DNA of 64,000 nucleotides. Source: Rariglobus sp. Its GTDB lineage: Bacteria; Verrucomicrobiota; Verrucomicrobiia; Opitutales; Opitutaceae. The notes beneath the pieces were generated by a model. The model was given only the letters and a program-made list of their open reading frames with translations. It had not been told where the DNA came from and did not search any database. The stretch's first letter is position 1; every line of letters starts with the position of its first letter. Both the position numbers and the translations under genes were made by a program. Where the stretch lies: contig JAQSWS010000032.1 in the NCBI GenBank assembly GCA_029266495.1, forward strand, positions 1,089-65,088, read 5' to 3'. This document shows positions 7,618 to 16,008 of the stretch, piece after piece.

Positions 7618-10092
7618 TCACATCCCCGTCGTCTTGTCCGCGGCCAGGCACACGATGAATGAAAAACCGCCGCTGTTCTGGCCGTTTTCCAGACGGTAGA
7701 GCACGCGGTTGATGCCTTTCCGGAAATGCACCTTGCGCAAGCCTTCGTTGGCCACCCAGGACTTGTGGGCGTCGCCGCTCTTCCAGATCAACAGGTCGTT
7801 GATCCACACCTTCGACTGGTCGTCGCTGCCGATCGCCACCCACAGGTCCGCCGGCTCGTCGAACCAGAGTTCGGTATAACCGTAATAAATTTCGTAATCG
7901 CCGATCCCCGGCGGCCTGATCATCGGAACCACCGGCGTGCGTTCCTTGCCCGTCACCTGCGACGGCATCTGGAAAAACTCCCAGCGCACCGGCTCCGGCT
8001 CCCCGTCCTTGCGGCCACCCTGATAAACCGCATCGAGGTTCACCACCGTCTCCGGCGGAAATTTCGTATTCAGATTCTTGCGACCGGGGTTCGGCCACGG
8101 GCCGATGAGGTGCCAGGTGTCGACATACAGCCACTCGGCGCTGCGCCCCGGCTCGATGGCAACCTGGCCCGAACGCACGGTGCGCCCGTGAAGCGGTCTG
8201 TAGTTTTTGACGGGAATACCCGTGATACCGGGCACCGCGCCGGGCGCGCCTGAGCCGTCGCCAGCCGACCGGCCGGTCCCGGCCGGTGCGGCCCCCATCC
8301 CGTCGCCGCCCCCGACCCCGTGCACCCCGCCCGCCTGGTGCGCTGCGGCCATCTCGGCGCTCAGGTCCTTGGCCTTGGCTCCGGCATCCTCGCTCGCGAG
8401 TTGCTCCATGCGTTCGTTGCGCAGGCTTTGCGCCTGAATCTCGGCGACCGACAGGTTCGCCCCGGCCTCCGCGGCGAGTTCGCGCATGCGCTGGGCCAGC
8501 GCGACCATCGAGGCCATCTGCTCCGCCGCGGCACCGATGGCTTTCTCCTGCTCGCGCACCCCGGCCACGCTGGCGATGTCCTGCTTCAGGATCGCCGTGT
8601 TCAAGTCCGGGCGGTCGGGCGTGGCGACCTTCGTCATCGCGAGCGCCTCGGCGAGCGGGATCTTGCGAATGGCCGCCAGTTCCGCCGCACGCACATTTTT
8701 GAAGGTTTCCGCGACCGCGATTTCCGCGTCCTGCGCCTGCTTGAAATAATCCGCAAGCGTCCGCGCATTGTTAATGTCCGCCGTCGGCAGCACCGAGGGC
8801 TCGGCGGCCACGGCTGAACTGTCCTTGTGCGACTCCGTGATCGCCTTGGTGATGGCCGCATTGGCGGCCTGCTGGAGGGCCAGCGACGTTTGCTGCACCG
8901 CGATCGAACTGCGTTGCAGGTCGGCCGACTGCGTCACCGCAACCGCAACGGTCTCATTGAGGACCTCGCGCCGCTTCTGAACAACCGCGAGCGCCTCGTC
9001 GGTCTTCTGCTGCTGGCGGGCCGCGGAATCCTGGAGGCGTTTCGCCGCAGCCTGGCTCTGCCGCACCTCCTGTTCGGCCTTGGCCAGAACTGCCTGCTCC
9101 TTCTTTACCGCGGCGGCGGCCTGTTTCGCCAACTCCGCCAAGCGCTTCTTTTCCTCGGCGGCGGCGGATTTCGCGGCCTCGGTGCTCGCAGCGGCCTCCG
9201 CGCGGGCGGCTTCAACGCCCTGCCTTGCGGTCGTCAAAGTGCCCTGCCTCGCCTCCAGGGTGGACTGGGCGGCGGCGGCCTGGGACTGGAGCTGCGTCAG
9301 GGTGGTTTGTTGGCGCGCCGCGGCATACTCGGCGGTCGCGAGCGCCTGGTTGGCGGCGGCGAGCTGGCGGATGATTCCCGTCACCGCAGCCTGGGTCGAC
9401 CCGGCCTCACCTTGCGCGGTGGCGGCCGACTGCTGCGCGGTCAGCGCGGCGGTGGAGTCGCTCGCCAGCCGCAGTTGTTCGCCAATCTCCGCCTGGATAA
9501 CCACCGCCTGCTGCTGGGCGTTTCCAGCGTTCTGCTGGGCGGTCAACGCGGTTTGCAAAGCCGCGTCGGCCTGCGCGTGCGCCGACTGCGCGCCCCACGG
9601 AGTCGTGGCGGCGGAGCCCCGGGTATGCGCCTCGGTGAATGCGGCCAGCGCTTTCTGGGCGGACTCCTGGGCGGACAGAGCCTCTTTTTGCGCGACGATC
9701 ACCTGGTCAAAAACCGCGGGAAGGTCCTCCCGGACGCGCACTCCTTCGTCTTTGATGATCTCATTATACTGCGCGATTTTCTCCGCGTTGAGCCGGTCGA
9801 GTTCCTGTTTGATCTTGAGGAGTTCCTCCACCCGCTCCTTGAAGCGCGGGCTCTCGTCCTGGCGAATTTCCTCCACGACCTCGCGCACACGATCGGGACT
9901 GATCCGCATCGTAAACTCGGACGCGTCCCCGGCCGATTTATCGGCGGGTGGCGTGGCGACGTAAACCAGCCCGAAGAATGCGCCGTGCAATAAAATCGAC
10001 AGCCCCCACCAGGCGCCAAAACCGAGCGCGGAAAGGGCGAGCACCCAGCGGGACGCGCGCCGTCGTCTGGAAACTGGAAGCGGCTCACTCAC
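7618..10092 (-). CDS. Membrane-anchored Ala/Gln-rich coiled-coil protein with a C-terminal beta-sandwich (PA14/galactose-binding-like) domain
   Basis: N-terminal TM segment, ~550 aa of heptad-like A/Q/E/K sequence, a Gly-rich linker, then WHLIGPWPN...IGSDDQSKVWIND...KGINRVLYRLENG; start overlaps the exbD stop. Confidence 0.75.
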   Translation of the reverse strand: MSEPLPVSRRRRASRWVLALSALGFGAWWGLSILLHGAFFGLVYVATPPADKSAGDASEFTMRISPDRVREVVEEIRQDESPRFKERVEELLKIKQELDRLNAEKIAQYNEIIKDEGVRVREDLPAVFDQVIVAQKEALSAQESAQKALAAFTEAHTRGSAATTPWGAQSAHAQADAALQTALTAQQNAGNAQQQAVVIQAEIGEQLRLASDSTAALTAQQSAATAQGEAGSTQAAVTGIIRQLAAANQALATAEYAAARQQTTLTQLQSQAAAAQSTLEARQGTLTTARQGVEAARAEAAASTEAAKSAAAEEKKRLAELAKQAAAAVKKEQAVLAKAEQEVRQSQAAAKRLQDSAARQQQKTDEALAVVQKRREVLNETVAVAVTQSADLQRSSIAVQQTSLALQQAANAAITKAITESHKDSSAVAAEPSVLPTADINNARTLADYFKQAQDAEIAVAETFKNVRAAELAAIRKIPLAEALAMTKVATPDRPDLNTAILKQDIASVAGVREQEKAIGAAAEQMASMVALAQRMRELAAEAGANLSVAEIQAQSLRNERMEQLASEDAGAKAKDLSAEMAAAHQAGGVHGVGGGDGMGAAPAGTGRSAGDGSGAPGAVPGITGIPVKNYRPLHGRTVRSGQVAIEPGRSAEWLYVDTWHLIGPWPNPGRKNLNTKFPPETVVNLDAVYQGGRKDGEPEPVRWEFFQMPSQVTGKERTPVVPMIRPPGIGDYEIYYGYTELWFDEPADLWVAIGSDDQSKVWINDLLIWKSGDAHKSWVANEGLRKVHFRKGINRVLYRLENGQNSGGFSFIVCLAADKTTGM

Positions 10093-10508
10093 TTGCCAAC
10101 GTCCCGCGTGCGCAGGCTGATGTTGCGCAGGCCTTCGAATTGACAGAGTTCGACCACCTCGACCAGGTGCTCATACGGAGTCTGGCGGTCGGCATCGACG
10201 CGAATGGGTTGCTCGGCGTTCGCGGAGGCGGCCTGGCGGATCCGTTCGTGCAGAACGTCGGTCGTGACCTTGGCGGAATCGATGTATTTGGTGCCGGTCG
10301 CATCGATCCCGATGACCAGCAATTTCTCCTGCGAGGCGAGATTGGTCGAGGCGGTGGATTGCGGCAGCTCGATGGGGAGCGCCTTTTCCGTATTCTTGAT
10401 CGTGGTCGCGACCATGAAAAAGATCAGGAGGATCAACATGATGTCGATCATCGGGATCAAATTGATCTCCATCTCATCATCGTGCCGTTTACGACGCGCC
10501 ATGATCAC
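10089..10508 (-). CDS. exbD: Biopolymer transporter ExbD/TolR
   Basis: INLIPMIDIMLILLIFFMV with the conserved TM Asp; RVDADRQTPYEHLVEVV. Confidence 0.9.
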   Translation of the reverse strand: MIMARRKRHDDEMEINLIPMIDIMLILLIFFMVATTIKNTEKALPIELPQSTASTNLASQEKLLVIGIDATGTKYIDSAKVTTDVLHERIRQAASANAEQPIRVDADRQTPYEHLVEVVELCQFEGLRNISLRTRDVGK

Positions 10509-11298
10509 CCTCCCGGTCGACGAACCATGCCACGATCAGATCGGCGACTTCATCCTCGAGGAGAATTTCAAAGTTGCGCGTCTTGTTGCGGAAGTAGTGG
10601 AAACAGGCCAGGAAAGGGATCGCCAGTCCGATGCCGAGCGCCGTCGTGGTGAGCGCCTCGGAAATACCCGCGGCAAGCTGGGCGGGGTTGCCGAGGGCGC
10701 CGGCGAGCGCGACTTTTTCGAAGCTGGTGATCATGCCCAGCACCATGCCCATCAGGCCGAGCAACGGTTCCAGCGTCGCCACCACTCCGACGGGATAAGA
10801 GCGCTGCAAATGGGCGTCGATGTCGCGGCCGACCATGTCGCTGGCGATGGACGAGATGTCGCCCGCCGAGCGGCTGCGACGCTTGGCCAGAAAAGAAATG
10901 ACCCGCGCCAGCGTGCTCGGATCCTCGTCGGCCAGACGCTCCAGTTCTTCGAATTTTCCTTCGCGCCACAGGCGTTTGGCGCGTTCCGCCAGGCCGCGAG
11001 GGGCAATCTTGGACCGGCGCAGGCGGACGAACCGCTCAAAAATAAATCCGGTGCCAAAAACCGACAGGAGAAGCTGGACGATGCCGGTGGTGCCCGACTG
11101 ATGGAAGCGATCCAGCCAGATATTCCCGCCCGAGGCATGCTCGGGAACGGCGGCCTCCGCCGCAGGCTCGGGGGAGGCGGGCGGATTCGCACCGGCATCC
11201 GCCACCGCTGCGGAAGGCGCCGGCGCTGACTGGGCAAAAACGGCCGGAGACCAGGAGGTCAACACGAGGGCACACAGGAGCGAGAGGGTAATTCGCAT
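10489..11298 (-). CDS. exbB: MotA/TolQ/ExbB proton-channel protein with a signal-peptide-like N-terminal extension
   Basis: LEPLLGLMGMVLGMI and GISEALTTTALG TM motifs. Confidence 0.9.
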   Translation of the reverse strand: MRITLSLLCALVLTSWSPAVFAQSAPAPSAAVADAGANPPASPEPAAEAAVPEHASGGNIWLDRFHQSGTTGIVQLLLSVFGTGFIFERFVRLRRSKIAPRGLAERAKRLWREGKFEELERLADEDPSTLARVISFLAKRRSRSAGDISSIASDMVGRDIDAHLQRSYPVGVVATLEPLLGLMGMVLGMITSFEKVALAGALGNPAQLAAGISEALTTTALGIGLAIPFLACFHYFRNKTRNFEILLEDEVADLIVAWFVDREGDHGAS

Positions 11299-11359
11299 TC
11301 ACGGCATCCGTAAGCCTCCGTCGTCGTTTGGCAAGCGTTCCCCTCACCGCCGTATCCGC

Positions 11360-12034
11360 TCACACTTCGTCCGCGTTCACCGCGAGCAGCCGCGACTGCT
11401 CGCAACGTTTTCTCGATTTCTCGACGCCGAGCGCGTCGAGGCCGAGGGCGTTCGCCACGGCCAGCACGGTGCCCACGCCGCAGAACGGATCGAACACCGT
11501 GGCCGCGCCCACTTGTTCCCTGGCAAATCGCACGGCGTGCCCGGCCGCCCGCACGCCCATCGCGCGCACCCACGGCTGCCGTCCCATGTCCGTGATCACG
11601 TCGGGAACCGGCAGCACGTCCGGACACCGCATCGCCCGCGACACCGCGATCAGGTGCGTGTAACCGGGGCGTCCATACGTCAGCATGCCCGGCGGACGAC
11701 GGCAGACGATCTTGTGAAACAACACCTGCGCGCCGGCATCCTCCGCCGCACGAATCACGAGCGCGCCTTTGTCCACCCAGATGCCGTCACGTTTGATGTC
11801 TGATTGAAAAAACAACGCCGCGCTTTCGTCAGGCACGGAGTCCACCACCAAGGCCACGGCATGGAGAAACCACGTGCGCCACACCGGCAGCGCCATGCCG
11901 ACTTCCGAAACATCAGGCAACGAGGTCACCGCGCACGCCCCGGCGATCCGGCCGCGCTCCTTCATCCACGGAATCGCATCGGCACAGTGCACCTCGCGCT
12001 TCGGCGCGCTCGAACTCTCTTCAATAGCTTGCAT
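11360..12034 (-). CDS. SAM-dependent methyltransferase, N4/N6 DNA-methylase-like architecture
   Basis: C-terminal FDPFCGVGT (motif I); N-terminal VTSLPD sits where the motif IV TSPPY would be. Confidence 0.7.
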   Translation of the reverse strand: MQAIEESSSAPKREVHCADAIPWMKERGRIAGACAVTSLPDVSEVGMALPVWRTWFLHAVALVVDSVPDESAALFFQSDIKRDGIWVDKGALVIRAAEDAGAQVLFHKIVCRRPPGMLTYGRPGYTHLIAVSRAMRCPDVLPVPDVITDMGRQPWVRAMGVRAAGHAVRFAREQVGAATVFDPFCGVGTVLAVANALGLDALGVEKSRKRCEQSRLLAVNADEV

Positions 12035-12075
12035 GGCTTGCACCCTACCGTCTGTCACCCAAGCGTCACGCCCTC

Positions 12076-13131
12076 ATGTTGTCCGCCCACCCCTCGCCCA
12101 AATCCCGCATTCGCTGGGGCATCATCGGCTGCGGTGATGTCACCGAAGTGAAAAGCGGACCCGCTTTCTCCAAGGTCGCCAATTCCGAGCTGGTCGCCGT
12201 GATGCGCCGCGATGCCACCAAAGCCGCCGATTACGCACGCCGCCACAACGTGCCCCGCTGGTATGACGACGCCCGCGCGCTGGTCGCCGATCCCGGGGTC
12301 GACGCCATCTATGTCGCCACGCCTCCCGGCGCCCACCTCGACGGCGCGTTGCTCGCCGCCGCCGCGGGCAAACCTTGCTACGTCGAAAAACCCTTCGCCC
12401 GCAACACGAGGGAATGCGACGCGATCCTCGCCGCGTTCCGCGCTGCGGGTGTTCCCGTGTTCGTCGCGTATTACCGCCGCTGCCTTCCCCGCTTTGAACA
12501 AGTGCGGACACTCCTCGCCGCCGGCGCGCTCGGCACGTTGACCGGTGTGCGCCTGCACTTCGCCTGCCCTCCGCCGAAAATAACCGACGTCAACAATCCG
12601 CCCTGGCGGCTCGATGCCATCAACGCGGGCGGCGGCCTCTTCCTCGACCTCGGCTCCCACGCGCTCGATCTGCTCGATCACCTGCTCGGACCGCTTCAAC
12701 ACGTCCACGGACATGCCGCCAATCGCGCCACGCCCCTGCCCGTCGAAGACACCGTTGCCATGAGTTTTCTGACCGCGGCTGGCATTTCCGGCACGGGCAC
12801 CTGGAACTTCACCAGCGCATTCCCGATCGACGAAACCGTCATCGAAGGCACCGCCGGCCGGCTGATGTTCTCGATCTTCGGCAACGAACCGGTCCGCCTC
12901 GAAACTCGCGACGGCGTGCAGTCATTCGACCGCCCTCACCCGCCACACGTGCAACAACCGCTCATCCAGACCGTCGTCGACACCCTCCTCGGCCGGGGTG
13001 AATGCCCGAGCAGCGGCGACAGCGCCCGTCGCACCTCGGCCGTCATGGATGCGGTCCTGGCCGGTTATTACGGAGGTCGCGACGACGCCTTCTGGACCCG
13101 GCCCACGACATGGCCCGGCTGCCGCCGCTAA
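12076..13131 (+). CDS. Gfo/Idh/MocA family oxidoreductase
   Basis: WGIIGCGDV, YVEKP, GGGLFLDLGSH. Confidence 0.92.
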   Translation: MLSAHPSPKSRIRWGIIGCGDVTEVKSGPAFSKVANSELVAVMRRDATKAADYARRHNVPRWYDDARALVADPGVDAIYVATPPGAHLDGALLAAAAGKPCYVEKPFARNTRECDAILAAFRAAGVPVFVAYYRRCLPRFEQVRTLLAAGALGTLTGVRLHFACPPPKITDVNNPPWRLDAINAGGGLFLDLGSHALDLLDHLLGPLQHVHGHAANRATPLPVEDTVAMSFLTAAGISGTGTWNFTSAFPIDETVIEGTAGRLMFSIFGNEPVRLETRDGVQSFDRPHPPHVQQPLIQTVVDTLLGRGECPSSGDSARRTSAVMDAVLAGYYGGRDDAFWTRPTTWPGCRR

Positions 13132-13135
13132 CACG

Positions 13136-13381
13136 TTACCTGGCGCCAGGCGCCTTCGGCGCGTAGTGCGGCACGAGTTGTTTCAAGTGCCCCTGCACCA
13201 CCGAGGCGATCGTCGCGGCCGGCACCGTGTCCTTGTGCAACTCGAACACCGCAACCAGCAGCGCCAGCTCGATGTCCACCTTGTTGGTCCCGGCCGTCTT
13301 CATCGCCGCCACGATTTCGAGGGCCTTCTTTTCGGCCTTCTTGTAATTCTGGAAATTCTGGTCGGGCGCGGTGTCGCTCAT
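13136..13381 (-). CDS. Small hypothetical protein (81 aa)
   Basis: MSDTAPDQNFQNYKKAEKKALEIV...; typical codon usage; fills the gap between two + strand genes. Confidence 0.7.
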   Translation of the reverse strand: MSDTAPDQNFQNYKKAEKKALEIVAAMKTAGTNKVDIELALLVAVFELHKDTVPAATIASVVQGHLKQLVPHYAPKAPGAR

Positions 13382-13476
13382 GTCACAAGGGGTTTCCTCA
13401 ATGCACGCATTCGTCAAGCCCGCCCGCTGTGTCGTTGCTTTCGGACCTCGAATCGCGGTTAACCTCTGCCTCAAAC

Positions 13477-14499
13477 ATGTATCTCAGGGCGATTCTTCCT
13501 CTCCTCGCGCTCATCCTCGCCGGGGAAACCGTCGCGGCGGTTTCCAGTGAATACCAAACCGCCACCCAGGCCCGGATCAGCGGAACCTACGTCATGGTGG
13601 TGTTTGCAAACGGATCCAAGGCCATGGTGCCCATCGCCTCGCTCAAGCCCGAGGACCACGAATGGCTTGTCGCCCTGAGCCGGCAAAAACCGATGGCCGG
13701 GGGCAAATCAACCGTCACCATCGTCGCCGCGGAATCACCGGTGGCGAAGACCAAGAACACCATCACCGTGTCCTCCGTCGAGGGCCCCCTGGAAACGATC
13801 CAGCTCTGCCCGCCGAACGTGATGCGGGACCAGATTGGAGGCACCTGCATGCTCTATGCCCGTATTCACTGGCTGGATATAGCCGGCTACTACACCCAGA
13901 CTCCGGAAATCTACAAGATCATCAACGGCACCCCGCCCGACTCGCCCTGGAGCGAGCCGCGCTATGTCGAAGGTCTGTTCAGTGTCTTCACGAGCCATAA
14001 ACCGTCTCCGGCGCGCCACCGGCTGCCCCCGCAGGAGGAACCGTTCGAGTGGGCGCGCAGCCAGCTTCGCAAGGGCCGCCCCTTGCTCGCGGCCTTCCCC
14101 CGTGAAATCTGGCAGGCGCTGCCGCCCGGTTTCATCGCCGCGCATTCATGGAGTGGCGGCACCGTCGGCCACCAGATCGTCATCAACGGCTTCACGTGGA
14201 ACAAGGAGACGCGCAAGGGCACGTTCCGGATCATTAATTCCTGGGCGGAGCTGCCGGAGTTCGACCTGACCACCGAGGCCGCCGGCGGCGGCGCCCTCGT
14301 GATCGAGGAAAGCCTTTCGCCCATCGGCGAAGTGTCGAAGGAACCCGCCGGCGGCCCCGGAAAGGAAGTCGTGAAAAGCATCCGTCTCATCAAGCCCGTG
14401 GGGGCGGTCAATCTCTACGAGGTGGAAACCACCCACGGCACCCGTCGCATGGTGGCCGCGAGCGAGGACGCCGTCCGCGAACTCGTGGAGAAACCGTGA
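13477..14499 (+). CDS. Secreted SHD1-like plus papain-like (C1 clan CA) cysteine peptidase domain protein
   Basis: Signal peptide; VPIASLKPEDHEWL (SHD1-like); DQIGGTC, VGHQIVING and IINSW match the papain Q/C, H and N catalytic motifs. Confidence 0.65.
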   Translation: MYLRAILPLLALILAGETVAAVSSEYQTATQARISGTYVMVVFANGSKAMVPIASLKPEDHEWLVALSRQKPMAGGKSTVTIVAAESPVAKTKNTITVSSVEGPLETIQLCPPNVMRDQIGGTCMLYARIHWLDIAGYYTQTPEIYKIINGTPPDSPWSEPRYVEGLFSVFTSHKPSPARHRLPPQEEPFEWARSQLRKGRPLLAAFPREIWQALPPGFIAAHSWSGGTVGHQIVINGFTWNKETRKGTFRIINSWAELPEFDLTTEAAGGGALVIEESLSPIGEVSKEPAGGPGKEVVKSIRLIKPVGAVNLYEVETTHGTRRMVAASEDAVRELVEKP

Positions 14500-15915
14500 T
14501 CAGCCCAGCAATGCATCGCGCATCGCATGGAACTTGAGTTCGGTCTCGGCGTATTCCCGCCCGGGATCGGAACCGTCCACAATGCCGGCGCCGGCGTAGA
14601 CGCGCGCGGTGTTTCCATCGACCAGCGCCGAGCGGATGCCCACCAGAAACTCGCCGCCGCCCCGCGCGTTCAGCCAGCCGATCGCCCCCGCGTAAAGTCC
14701 GCGTGAAAAACCCTCGAGCGCGGGGATGCGGGAAACCGCGGCGGTCCGCGGCGAACCGCCCACCGCCGGTGTCGGATGAAGACGCGCCAGCGCATCCAGC
14801 AAGTGAATACCCGGCGGCATCACGGCCGTGACCGGCGTGTGGAGATGTTGCACGTTGGCCAGTTTGCGCAAACCGGGCGCGGCCGGAAACCGGGGGGCGA
14901 GGCCCAACGGTTCCAGCCGGCGCAGGATTGAATCGAGCACATGCCGGTGCTCGCGCAGGTCTTTTTCGCTTTCGAGCAGGGCGGCTCCGAGCGCGGCGTC
15001 CTCGCTTGCACTGGCTCCGCGCCGGGTGGACCCCGCCAGGGCCTCCGTTTCGAGCACGCCCTTGCTCACGCGCACGAGGCGCTCGGGGCTTGCACCGATG
15101 AAGCTCTGCCCCCGGCCGTTCGCGACCGAGAAACTGTAGCAGCCGGGAAAACGCTCGCGCAGGCCGTTCAACAGGCGCAACGGATGAAGCGCCACGTCGG
15201 CCTGCATGTCCTGCGCCCGGGCGAGCACGATTTTTTTGACCAGGCCGCCGGCAATCGCGTCCAGTCCGCCCTCGACCGCCTTTTTAAAATCTCCGACCTC
15301 GACCGTCTTGAAGGAGCCGTGCGGCCTTTCGCTGGCGGCGGGTTTCGCCCCATAGTCGAAATGCTTGAACTTTCCATGCGCGCGCCAGATGCGCTCGGCA
15401 AGCGTCGCAAGGTCGGCATCGGGCGCAACCAGCAGATTGGCCACCGCCGTGGTCACATCCCCCGCCCTTGCCACCTGCCAGCGAGGCACGAACACCCGCG
15501 CCGAGGGAAACGCCTCGCCCGGCTCCACGTCGTCGAGAAAGGTGAACGCACCAAAAAAATGCGGCCCGCCGAACGGCGCATCCACGTCGCCGACCGCAAT
15601 GGTGCGGGCGAGCACGTCATCCACAAACCGTCGCACGGAATCGAACCGCTCCGGCCCCGAAGCCTCGTGCGTGAGCACCGCCTCGGCCCCCGCGATCGTC
15701 GTCTGGATATTGGGACGCTCCGCATAAAAATGCAGTTCGCCCGGCTCGAAAATCGCCTCCAGCACCGCGAGCGGATCGAGCGCGCCGACGGTCAGCGAAA
15801 TGCTTACCAGTCGTGCCTGTCCATCACTGCGCGCCGCCTCTCGGCACTGGCGCAAAAAAGCAACCAGCGCCTCGGGCGAGGCGTTCTCCGCCGGGTTGAT
15901 GGGAAGGATGGTCAT
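14500..15915 (-). CDS. menF: Isochorismate synthase
   Basis: KKIVLAR, FIGASPERL, ALAGS, LHPTPAVGG, YAGAGIV...EYAETELK. Confidence 0.88.
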   Translation of the reverse strand: MTILPINPAENASPEALVAFLRQCREAARSDGQARLVSISLTVGALDPLAVLEAIFEPGELHFYAERPNIQTTIAGAEAVLTHEASGPERFDSVRRFVDDVLARTIAVGDVDAPFGGPHFFGAFTFLDDVEPGEAFPSARVFVPRWQVARAGDVTTAVANLLVAPDADLATLAERIWRAHGKFKHFDYGAKPAASERPHGSFKTVEVGDFKKAVEGGLDAIAGGLVKKIVLARAQDMQADVALHPLRLLNGLRERFPGCYSFSVANGRGQSFIGASPERLVRVSKGVLETEALAGSTRRGASASEDAALGAALLESEKDLREHRHVLDSILRRLEPLGLAPRFPAAPGLRKLANVQHLHTPVTAVMPPGIHLLDALARLHPTPAVGGSPRTAAVSRIPALEGFSRGLYAGAIGWLNARGGGEFLVGIRSALVDGNTARVYAGAGIVDGSDPGREYAETELKFHAMRDALLG

Positions 15916-15926
15916 GCGACAACCCC

Positions 15927-16008
15927 AGTTGAGAGTTGAGCGCTGAGAGACCGAAAACGGAGTCCTCCGGTTCGAAGCTCTCAACTCTCATCCCTCAACT
16001 CTCAGCTC
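15927..16008. repeat. Inverted heptanucleotide (CTCTCAA-type) microrepeat
   Basis: AGTTGAGAGTTGAGCGCTGAGAG versus CTCTCAACTCTCATCCCTCAACTCTCAGCTC; contains the metG stop codon. Confidence 0.6.

Noticed and set aside
8827-9700. DNA-level tandem repeats in the Ala/Gln-rich coiled coil
   Set aside because: Low complexity at the protein level, but no exact repeated nucleotide units were seen.
14500-15915. Siderophore (EntC/PchA) biosynthesis cluster around the isochorismate synthase
   Set aside because: No NRPS, isochorismatase or salicylate genes nearby; a dispersed menaquinone menF is more parsimonious.
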